DNA of 64,000 nt, taken from contig OZ320319.1 in NCBI GenBank assembly GCA_976226885.1, positions 66,340,001 to 66,404,000 on the forward strand, read 5' to 3'. Each line of letters opens with the position of its first letter. The stretch's first letter is position 1. Source of the stretch: Iphione sp. A-MEVVRFRX5. Lineage: Eukaryota. Made by a program: the position numbers and the translations under genes. Below are positions 30,201 through 42,200 of this stretch, in pieces. The notes beneath the pieces were generated by a model that was not told the origin of the DNA, ran no database searches, and worked only from the letters and a program-made list of their open reading frames with translations.

Positions 30201-33200
30201 AGGTGTGAGGTACATGGGAGAGGTCGCCATTGATGCCCCTGATCTCCCCCAACCAGCCCCTCCAGGTCAGAAATCGATAGTAAAATAAACTAGACTCGAT
30301 CTTTTATTGATTGGTTGTAGGGTGAAAATAGTCAGAAATCGATTCGGTCGGAAATCAATGATAAAACATGTTGATTATGTATATACAAAATTTCTGTTTC
30401 AAGGTCAACAGGTCACAATTGCCAGTTCAGTTGGAAATCACATAGGTCGGAAATAGAGACTCCACTGAATCTTTCCTTAATTATATTTAAGTAATATACT
30501 TACCATACTTTGCTGGAGCAGAAGGATCAGATGGTGGTCCCTGTCCAGCTTTGTTTTCAGCTGTAATACGGAACTCATATTCAGCACCCTCTTTTAAATC
30601 TGGGATGGTAAATTCTAAATCTGTTATCTTTTCTGTGATATTAACTCTTGACCATTTAATATCACCTTTGGTACATTTCTCTACTATATAGTTGGTAATC
30701 TCAGCTCCTCCATCTGATTCTGGAGCAGTCCAAGAAATAGAGATGCTGTCTTTTTGGATCTCCTCAACTTCTGGTCGGCCAGGTTTACCTGGTGGATCAA
30801 ATGGATCTTTGGCAATAAACTTGACTGATTCACATGGTTTGCCCAGGCCAGCATCATTTTCAGCTAAAACATGGTACTCATAAGTATCTCCTGTGGTGAG
30901 TTCATCTAACTTTAAGTGAGTCTCTTTGATTGCTTTTTTGTTGACTTTCCGCCAGCGTGTTCCAGATGCATATTCCACATAATAGCCAGTGACAGGTGAG
31001 CCACCATCAAACTCTGGTGGTTCCCATTTCAGTGTTGCAGTTGTCTTTGTGATATCAACAGCTTGCAGGTTAATTGGAGGTCCAGGTGGATCTGCAAGAT
31101 TAATAAAGGAATGCAAATTTCACAGATATCTAACTAAACTTTGGTACCTGATTGATTACAATTAGTAGAGAGTGATTTTACTACAGAACATCTACTATTT
31201 GCATCACTGTTAAATGGTTTAGTATCAAGAATATATTCAGAAATTCAACTTATCAACTTACCAAAAGGCAGTTTCGCTGTAATGGCTTCTTCAGTTAAAG
31301 CTGCATCACTCTCCCCTATGGCATTTACTGCCCTTACTTGGAACATATACTGTTTTCCCTCCACCAATTTCTCAACCTTGAGACTTGTTTCTTTGGCTTT
31401 CAATTCACCAACTTTAACAAATGTCTCTCGTGTGACATCCCGACGCTCCACTTTATATCCAGTTAAAGGAGAACCACCATCACTTTCAGGTTCATCCCAT
31501 TTCAGAACAATATAGTTCTTGAATATTTCTGTAGGCCTGAGATTCTGAGGTGGTGAGGGACGATCTGAAAATGCAAGTTTAAATAAAGGACAGTTAATGA
31601 AAAGGAAGTTAAGTGAAGGATATTGGTCGAATGAGTTCACTATTATTCATATTCCTTTTCATGCTTGATTAGTTATATTTGATTTATACTTTACCCAGTA
31701 TTGGATCATCATAAGAAGTCAAGGATAACAATAACCTTTTACTACTATGTCAAAACTGGCATCTGCTTCCCCTGCTGTGTTTTGAGCCTTAACTGTATAC
31801 GTTCCTCCATCAGTTGAAATCAACCCTTTGATGGTTAGCTTTGAATAATTAGCTTGTGTCTCGATAGTTGTGCCTGCCGTTGCCTCCAGTATATTTTCTT
31901 CGTGGAACCACTGGACAGTTGGTGTCGGAATGCCAGTTACATTAACAAGAAGACCCAGGGTAGAGTCTGCTTTAAGTGTTTGTGTCTCCCGATATTTGTC
32001 ATCATAGGTGATATTAGGAGCCACTGTAATGTAATCATAATTCTTTAAATATACGACTGACGTTATGTTCCTATTTCACAGTATTAACAAAGTGGCATTC
32101 ATTGTTCCAATGTTAAACTTTTAAATTAAGTTGTTTATATAGAATTCCTCGCAAAAATGTCAAAATAACATTCTGGAATGAAGTATTTTATGCCTAATGT
32201 TTCGTGTTAAAGGTGAAAGATGAACTCTTCTAGTTAAACTAAGGTTTTAACATCTGGGTTCAAACTGTAAAGATAAGGCTAAACATGTATTACCTGTTAC
32301 TGTGAGAATGCCAGATGTTTGCACAGATCCCAGCTTGTTAGTAGCTTCACATCGGTAAGTATTTTCATCATTCAATTGGACATCAGAGATAATCAGATTT
32401 GCCTCTTCATCCTCATAAGTCATCTTATACTTTTTGCTTGGAGAAAGTAAGGTGCTATTCTTATACCTAAAAGTAATAAAAAATCGTTTATAAAACTGCC
32501 ACTTTACAGTTCCAAATAATCATGGAATAATAGGACAAAGGTTAAAGCCTTTTATAATGAAACTCTCATGGTTGAGATATCAGCAGTTACCATACTTATT
32601 AAGGGGACTTGATGCGAAACAATGGATTACAGTCAACTTATTATCTGGAGGGACTTTAGTCCAATGAACATCAGATATTTGCTGATTTATCAAGAAAGTT
32701 AACCATGAATTTGTGATCAGAAATTGTGCATAGGAGCCCCTTTTTTCCATTCCCTCTACCAGACTTCTTCATTCTATAATGCTGGAAAGTTTTGTAAACT
32801 ACTAACTCAAATTTCACAGTATCTTTTCTAGAGCAAAGAAGACTGGCAATCTTTTATGTATGAAAACAAGTATAAGAACCTCACTTTTTCTTTCATTTTC
32901 TCATATGCTCCGAACATACGCGTTTCAAAAAGCCACAGTTGAGCAAATTTCTTGATACCTTGTTCACAGGCGAACATCCTTATATGTACATGAACCTCAA
33001 TCATTCAGACAGCCAGGTTCAATTGTTCCAGGTCTTTAATGGAAAGGTTTTACTTACCACTTTATTTCAGCCACTGGATCACCTTCACTAATGGTGCATG
33101 AAAATGTAGCTGTGCATGGCGATATAACTGTTTGATCTTGAAGAGCTTTCTTTACTACTGGTGGTTCTCCTTCTACAAAATGAAAATGAAATCATTTAAA

Positions 33201-36200
33201 GGAAGTGATCAACCATCTATACAACCATGGAAATGTCTTTTTAAGTGATGTCACACACAATCATGAAATGTTTATATTTTTGTTAGAAATGCTATTTCGT
33301 GATTTGATGATAGCATCACACTATTACCCTATCTTTTGTATTATATCAGATGTAATTGTACTTACCAAGAGATTCCTCAAGTGTGACTGGTTCACTGGGT
33401 TCAGACCATGGACCTTGTCCTGCTTTGTTTACAGCAGCTGTACGGAACTCATATGTAACCATTTCACCTAAACGTGAAGCTTGGTAAAGAGTATCTGATG
33501 TTTCAGTATTGTCTGTGGTCCGAATCCAGTTAAGAGTTCCTTCAATGCGATGCTCAACCACATAGTGGGTGATAGCTGTGCATCCATCATCAGATGGAGC
33601 CTCCCATGATAGGTTCACAGACCTCTTCTGGATATTGCTCGTGGTTGGACGACCAGGTTTACCTGGTTTGGCTATAAAACAAAATTAAAAGTTCAAATAC
33701 AATTATTACAGAGTATCAGTTAAATCACTGCTTCACTGCACTTGATATACAAAACATCCCTCAGAATCTCTTGTGTGCTTCAAACAACAAATCCTTAAGA
33801 AAAACCTAATCAACGTTAAACAAGGCAAGCGTGATCGACGTGGTGCAACTGTGTCTGTGTTGTCTTTGATGATGAAGACAGTTGGGATGGAACCCAGTTG
33901 TCAGGGAGAGGAGAAGAGTAAACATGGGTCGTTTAGGTAAAAAAAAAGCAAAAAAAGAGAAAAACCTAATCAAGAGAATGGGAAAAGAGGGTAAAGGGTA
34001 GAAATTGGATGGTAGAGACAATGCGAGGTCTGGGGTAGAGGGTAGTAATAGGGGAATGTTGAGAGTAGCAGAAGGCAGAAAGAAGGTCTGGGGTAGAGGG
34101 TAGTAATAGGGGAATGTTGAGAGTAGCAAAAGGCAGAAAGAAGCACGGAAGAAGAGAGAAGGATTGGTGAGATGAAAGAGAGGGAAGCGTGAGCGAGAAG
34201 AAATGTTAAGTAGAAAATAATACTATGGATTATAGTACTTGTTTATTAAATCAATTTAAATTTCAAATATATGTATATATACATTGTCTCCCTGAAAGTA
34301 ACATAAGTTCCTGTTTACTGTAATATTGGACACTATTTTGAATGCTAAAGAAATTAAAAGGAAAGTGTTCATGCCAGTATACTAAGTAAGTGAGAAGACA
34401 AGTACCTATCCCATGATGACTTACTATAAGCATCCTTGGCTGTGATGGATTGTGATGGAGATGAAGGTGGTCCAACTCCAACCTGGTTTTCAGCTAGGAT
34501 TCTGAATTCATATTCATTGTCCTCTATGAGATCTGTCACTTCCAACTCCAGCTCAGAGACTGACTTTTTGTTCACCTTCACCCAACGAGAGCTATCGCCC
34601 ATGCGACGCTCCACATAGTATCCAGTTATAGGTGAACCACCATCAGATTTGGGGGGCTGCCATGTCACTTTGCAGCTATCTTTCATAACATCATTAACCT
34701 CAGGTGTTTCAGGTGGTCCTGGTGGGTCTGAAAATCATTGCACGGAAATCACTCATAAAGAAACGTTGATGGAAATGTGTATTTACCAAATCAGTCCTAA
34801 TTCTAGCAATAATAAGTATGAAGAACCTATGCTGCTGTCCTATATCAAGTAAAATGCAACTTCAAAAAACCTCTGAACATATATATTACACAATTGCGCC
34901 CAAGACTGGTCTTTGTACAATCTTCCACTCAATGCAGTGCACGAGGTAGCGTTAAAACACCTCAGTAGATAGGCTGGTTCTCACCAAATGCACTCTTTGC
35001 TGTGACGGCGTCGGATAGGGTGGCAAAGGGTCCCAGGCCCATGGCGTTCTCAGCAGCCACTCTAAAGTGATACTGTTTGTTTTTCGTGAGTCCCTCAGCA
35101 ATGTGGGTCATTTCCTCATGCCATGTCTGCTTGTTCCACGTCATGCGACCAGATTCTCGTTGTTCGACGAGATAACGTGTGATTTCGCTGCCACCATCGT
35201 CCTCAGGTTCGTCCCAGTCGAGTTCAATTGTGGACTCAGTGCACTCCACGACCGTCAGGTTGGTGGGCTCGCTAGGCTTGTCTGGAACAATCGTATAAAT
35301 GTCAATTCTCCAGAACGATATCAACTTGGAGGAAATAGAGACAATATGAGTTCTTACGGCGCAGGTCTTATCTTAAAATACATATACAGAGAGAACTCCA
35401 AAACCGAATGATCGCCGTTTCCGCCAAAATCGTTCGGATTTGGGATAATTCGTATTTGGAATTGTGGCCTCAGCAAAGTGTCGGCCCAGGTCGACAGAGA
35501 GGAACGGAGCTCACAGTTTTCAAAGGAACTGCGACAGAGGGCCTATGTAAGGTGTCAGCATATCAAAGCCACTATGAAATACAGAGAGGAACCGAGCTCG
35601 CAGTCGTCAAAGGAACTGCGACAGAGGGCCTCTGCGAGGTGTCGGCATATCAAAGCCAGTATGAAATACAGAGAGGAACTGAGCTCGCAGTCATCAAAGG
35701 AAGGTGTCAAGCCTCTCCATTCGGTTTTCGAAGACAGTTTTAACTGATTATAACGAAATGACAGCGTTCGGATTCGGAAATTGTATATTTCGGATATATG
35801 AGTGTTCATACAGAGAAAAACGTTTGGTTCCCCAAAATATCGTTCGGTTTTGGGGCAATTCGGATTTCGAGTGTTCGGACTTGGAGTATCGTCTGTACAC
35901 CTATAGCACCAATGATAGGGTTCAAAGAGGGCATGAGAGGAGAAGATTTATCCTAATTGTAGTGAATCCAGGCCCATAGCCAAGGAGCTATCGAGGTTAT
36001 GGTCCGATACTCTTCTAGAAAGGCCCATAAGCCCCTTAAAAACCCTAAAAGCCCCTAGAAAAGCCAGGAGTTCCACCTCCCTAATTTTAGATACCCTCTA
36101 CAGAAGTTATTACCAGCAGGCCTAGAATCAATCGTTGCTTGTACAAATGAAACCCGTAAAATAGTTACCTAGCACAATGACTTTCACAGTGAGTGTACTT

Positions 36201-39200
36201 TCTCCATACTGGTTGCTAACAGTGACGCTGTAGTTGCCGCTGTCAGTCCGGGCAACTTTCTTCAGTCGGAGGCATGTCATGCCACTGATAGTCTCCTCTT
36301 GGAATCGTTTGTCGGCTATCGGCTGGTCATTGAAGGTCCAGACGACATCTGGTACTGGATACGCGTTGAATGGTAGCTCAATGAGCGTGGCAGTTCCCGC
36401 CTTCAGAGTGCGCACTTCTTCGAAATTGTCAGTGTTGAAGGTAGGCGGCACTAGAAGAAAAATAACGAAGAAAATCAGTACCTATGCTGGAAATAACACA
36501 TGTTGGCCAAATCTGGTGTAAAGCAAGTTTGTGTATTCACCATGATCCTGGGTAAAATTTACTACCCGTTAACACTATCGTAAGTAGTCTATAGGAGCTG
36601 TAAACTGACGACTGCTTGTGTCAACTTATTCTCGTTATGTTGGCAAACTGCGATAATAAAAGATGCATTTAATGCTTTGCGTAGATAACGGAAGTAGACT
36701 ACCTTTGACGAGCAGCCTTGCTGTGGATTCGGCGCCATCAGCGAACACAATGCTGTAGTCATCCTCATCGTCTCCTGTGGCGTCGGATATGACTAGTGTG
36801 TGGCGCCCTCCATCGACGCTCATCCGGTACTTTTTGGTACCACTGAGGGTCTTGTCACCCTTTCTCCACTCGGCCTTTTCATTTTTCCTGGAGATATCGC
36901 ACACGAACGTGGCTGTACCGGGTACCTCGTCGATTTCCTGATCCTCGAGAGGAACCAGGAAACTGATTTGTTCGACTGGAACAAAAGGTATTGGGATATT
37001 GAACATGGTTGGATATACATGTATATATATATATTAATTGGAAACAGAAGTTGTCCCCATGGCACGTTTTAAATAATATCTTTACAATGTTCGTGGAAAT
37101 TTAGTGCAAATATTACCTGCAGATGAAAGAGATCAGTCTTGTCTAATTCAGTTTGGCACATTTGTCCTATTATGTAACAATATTTGGGAAATATCCTCAT
37201 TGTCAAACTTTACCGTGACTCAAATCAGGTTGACAGGACATTTTATCTTGGGGAGGCTTGTAAATGCCATGTAATGAAATGGGATTCGGAGCTGGTAGGA
37301 AACATCGCGTGAGCACACAATTCAAACTACGGGAATGTTTCCACTCTACATTTATGAAATGGTATATACTCAATATGTAAGCAAGAGCATAGATTTATGC
37401 CCCATTTGTACTCCACCTACCGTGCTTCTTCGGGACTGAAGGAGGAGAGAAAGGTCCAGTGCCCGCCTTATTCTCGGCAGCCACACGAAACTCGTATTCC
37501 CTTTCAGAAACCAGCCCCGTGACGGTGAATGTCGTCTGCTCAATGACCTTGTCCTTGCTAGCCACTTTCCAAGTCTTCTCTCCTGCCACACGGTATTCGA
37601 TAATGTAGTTGGTGATTGGAGCACCGCCATCATTCTCGGGCGGGGTCCAGACCAATGTGGCATTATCGGACGTCATGTCTGTCACGTCTGGACGACCAGG
37701 AGCCTCGGGCACGTCTGACGGTGGAAGACATTTGAACACATGTATTCTCTCAAAATGACACAGATGGAGGAAGACTCTTTGGTTCATTTTATTGGGAAAA
37801 TCAAAGTATCTGACTCATTCACAAGAGTGGAGAAGGCTCCTTGGAAAGCGTCATTCTGGAAACGTCCTTCCAATTGGCTTAATACGTTTGCAATTATTAA
37901 AAGTCTCTCTATTTATCAATCAGAATATCCTCTATGGATAGGTGATAGACGTCTTTCAAAATCACTTTTATGACAGTAATGTCCTGCTAGTCCAAGGTAC
38001 CACAAAGAAAACAGACATTTAGTGACTATTTACATGAAGTTATATTTAATACCAAACAAGATAACTCATTATCTTACCATACGGGTCTTTAGCAACAATA
38101 CTGATAGGTTCACACGGCTGGCCAGCTCCTGCTGCGTTCTCCGCGCAGACGCGGAACTTGTACTCGGTGCCTTCTTCAAGGTCATCCAATGACAAGGTCA
38201 GCTCTTTGATGAGCTGCTTCTTGACCTTGGACCAGCGGGAGCTGTAGGAAGCCATACGTTCGACGTAGTAACCAACGACTGGCGATCCGCCGTCCGACTC
38301 GGGTGGCTCCCAGGTGAGTGTCGTGGACCTCTTCGTGGTGTCATTAGCCAGCAGGTTCACCGGGGGACCAGGCTTATCTGCAAGGTCGGTATTATTGGTA
38401 TGATTTTGTCTCCCTCTGCATATCGATCGCACAGTAGGCCTTTTTGTGCGATGAAAACAATATTTGTGGATGTAAAAGGAGTTTTTTCATCCCGAAAATA
38501 CAGAGTACGGACTAATGTATCCAGTATTAGTTACAAAGATGAAACTAATAACTAGAGTAGGCATTAATGTGAAACTAAAAGTTTTAATTATTACCGAAAG
38601 GTAGCTTGGCCTCCACAGGCTCCTCCATCTCGCAGTAGTCGCTCTTTCCGATTGCGTTCTCCGCCAGCACCCGGAAGAGGTATTTGTGTCCCTCTTGAAG
38701 CTTGGTGGCCTAGGAAAATGGTAGCGAGGCATCATAACACACTATGGCATCGCTTGTCCATGGAGTTAAAATATCACCTCTGTATCTCTGACATGCTATG
38801 GTGGCTTGAAAGAAATATCGCCTTCAAAGGACACCATCGTATGTCACCAATGCATTCAATATGCACAATTATGCACACGTACGTTTTAATTTGAAAGAAA
38901 GGGCCATATTTGCCTATTTTCTTCCATAAACTGGTTTTACCATGTGAGCCGACTTTTACCGACATATGCAATGTATCTCAATGTCCTAAATAATTAACCA
39001 CGATTCATTTCAAAGAACTGGTCGAAATACATGTGTCGGCTCACCTTGATTGTCAGGGTATCGGCAGCTGTCTCGCCAACCTTCACCCATGCTGTCTTGG
39101 AGACGTCGCGCTTCTCGACGTAGTACTTTTTGATTGGTTCACCACCGTCGGACTCGGGAGCGTCCCAGTCGATAACGATGTAGTCTTTATTCTGCTCTAC

Positions 39201-42200
39201 AGAGTGCAGGTTCTGAGGTGGTGACGGTCGGTCTGGAGGTGAGAATATCAGGATGTTTATGATCATATGGCAGTCTTTATTGTAAATGTGGGGAAAAGAT
39301 CCATGTTAGAGCGATTTGGTAGATTGTTCCGTTTTGTAAGAAAACATGAAGGTTTGCCCTCTACAAAGAGCAACCTATCACAGGTGTGCCAACGACAATA
39401 TGCGTACCTTTTACAACGACCGTGAACTCGGCCGTAGCCTTGCCCGCCACGTTCTCGACTTCCAGCGTGTATGTTCCTTCCTGCTCCAGAGTGGCGTCCA
39501 ACACAGACAAGCGGCTGTAGGTTGAGTTAGTCTCGATGAAGATGTTACTGGAGGACTTCTCCAGCTCCGTCTCACCGTGCAGCCACCTGGCGGTCGGGGT
39601 GGGTACGCCGCTGATGTTGGTGTCGATGCTGGTGCGTTGACCACCCTTCAGTTTGATCGGCTTCTTCAGGGCGTCGGCGTATTTGATGGTGGGCGCCACT
39701 GGAATAGACCAGATTCCACGAATTGTCAATACATGTACATGTATTAACACACTCCTGAGGCAGTTATGATAAGTTACGGGAGAAGGCGCCAATTTAGCAA
39801 GGAGATCTTTGGGTCCAGTGTACTAGTGTTGATATAACAACATATCGGGAATAAAGTGTCCTACCAGAGGGTTGAAAACACACCCTGACGTCCTGTTCTC
39901 AAAGATTCAAGTACAGGATGACCTATAGGGGGTAAAGGCAATGCTGAGTACATGTATTCTAATACACCGCCCTGGGAGAGCTAAGATGGAACGCACCATG
40001 AACCGTCAGGTTGGCCTGACTCTCCGCTTTGCCGACCTTGTTGCTGAGCTCCACGCGATAGACTGCCGTGTCCTTGGCCACAGTGTCGGCCACTTGCAGT
40101 TTAACATAATCTTCTTCAATGCTTGGCTTGTACTTCTTGGCGTCATAGGCCTCAGTGCCATTGACGTACCATTTAACCTTTGCTCGGGGCTCACCCAGCT
40201 TCGCGCAGCAGGAGAAGATAGCTGATTCAGGCGACACGACTGTCTGGTCAGCCAGAGGCTCAATTACCTGAGGTTCGTTACCGTCTGAAAAAATATAGCA
40301 CGTTGACGTAGTAAGGACTAGGTCATTTGCATAAAGACTGGTCGTTACAAATGGGAAATTAGTCTGTGAGGTATTGCTATAAACGTGGCACTGGAAACCA
40401 CTTTTAGTTCCATAAATTCGTAAGAACAGTGAGCAATCGTGAGACTTTCGCTGCATTTTTTTTCTGACTGTATTACACTGAGATTATAAGTATTTAGTTC
40501 AAAATGAAAGCAAACTAGATCAGCCCCTAGTAAAAGTGCATGCATACTCACCAATAGAAGTCTTGACAGGTTCGCTTGGGTCGGACCAGGGTCCCATCCC
40601 GGCCTTGTTCTCGGCGGCCACTCTAAACTCGTAGTAGGTGTCTTCATTGAGACCCTTGATAACTGTGTTCAGTTCGGCACTCTGTTCGCGGGCGTACTTC
40701 ACCCACTTAGCCGAGCCCTGGATGCGCATCTCCACGTGGTAGTCGAAGATCTCCGCCCCTCCGTCCTCCTCGGGCGCCGTCCAGATCAGATTGAGAGTAT
40801 GACCTGTGACATTGCTGTGTGTTGGCCGGCCAGGCTTGCCCGGCTTGTCCCATGGGTCCTTGGCAGTTACTGGTTTCGACGGGGGACTGAAGGCGCCAAG
40901 GCCAGCCTTGTTCTCCGCCGCCACCCTGAACTCGTACTCGTTAGCCTCGACCAGGTCTGTTACCTCCAGGCTGCACTCCTCAATGGCCTCCTTGTTGACC
41001 CGCAGCCAGCGGGTACTGGAGACAGTGCGGCGCTCCAGGTGGTATCCCGTGATGGGGGAGCCACCGTCGTCGGTCGGAGGCTCCCAGGTGACGAGGCACT
41101 TGGTGCTGAAGACGTCACTGATGATTGGCGCATCGGGGGCTCCAGGTACGTCTTGGTTGTGAGAATAAGCATAACGATCAATCTTCATCAGGTTTAAAGA
41201 TATACAGTCAAAACTCGTGTAGGAGACCAAACTTGAGACTGGAGGATTTTGGTCTCTCCCCAGGGTTGGTCTCCCCGGCCAGTTGATTACTAATTTTAAC
41301 AAGCAGTGTGAGAGGACGATATTGGTCTCCCTTGCAAAGTGGTCTTAAACAGGGTGTCGACTGTATTCGCATTTCACACCCGTAAGTAACCTTGCATATT
41401 GCCCTACCGATTTAGAGCTAACTGTGCTGTTACCGACAACGTAGGGTTTCCTTAACTCGCACATATAATAATTTACACGCGTTTCTACCATATGCCATAT
41501 GGACCAAAGCACGTTCACTTTTATCGACGAAAACAAAGGGAACCTGGCAAGCAGTAATTAAGTAGTTGTGACAATGATATGTCACAGGTTTCGGAGAGGG
41601 AAAGAGAGGGAGGAAGAAAAACACACTTAATTTGCAATTTATACTCTCCTTTTACCACTTATCAAAAAGTCAGGTTATTGCTGACTTGCCTTTGACTTTT
41701 CCTCCACTTAATTACCAGAGATAAAAATATGTGAATCAACTGGGATTTTGACATATTTATAGTTCAAAGCATCGAATGGAGACAATTCTTTCCCAAAATA
41801 TCCCTTATTTAGAGATGTCCCTACTAGAGATACCTTTAACATATTAAATTGAACTGAAAATACGTTTATTGAATTACGGTGTCACCTGCCATAGGCGTCT
41901 TTTCAACATGTAACATACCATATGCTTTTACAATAGTTCCTTGGTAGCTAACATAAATGCTAATAACATACAAGTTCTTGTAAGATCATAAGACAAGATA
42001 ACACTACTATAGCAAAACTTATATCAAATAGCGCAGCGGGGGTATACTTATTCACCTTGACCAAGCATAAATCTTTTACAACCTTTTCACATGGCTTTTA
42101 ATAGACTTATAATTACATGAAAGTACTCCTGGGGTTAACTTATCCCATCTCCTTATATTCCCTCCACCAATAAACATTCTACAGCAGATATAATGTCTTT

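Larger units (their letters stand above)
27783..34727 (-). repeat. Segmental tandem duplicate, copy A
   Basis: Paralogous to 20814-27615 exon by exon. Confidence 0.85.

Noticed and set aside
32600-32745. TTAA|GGGG...CCCC|TTTT possible Kolobok-type MITE
   Set aside because: The inverted match is too short and degenerate to call.
20814-34727. AT-rich duplicated exons as pseudo-exons
   Set aside because: All are open, keep core Trp/Tyr residues and have canonical in-phase splice sites.
29980-35702. Regularly spaced repeats (74 bp and 87 bp units) as CRISPR-like arrays
   Set aside because: The units are head-to-tail diverged copies without unique spacers, inside eukaryotic intronic MITEs, and no cas genes are present.
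1780-41197. Many plus-strand ORFs of 60-220 aa overlapping Fn3/Ig exons (for example 9518-10189, 16328-16771, 2535-3158)
   Set aside because: They are antisense to GC-rich coding exons and show no domain signal.
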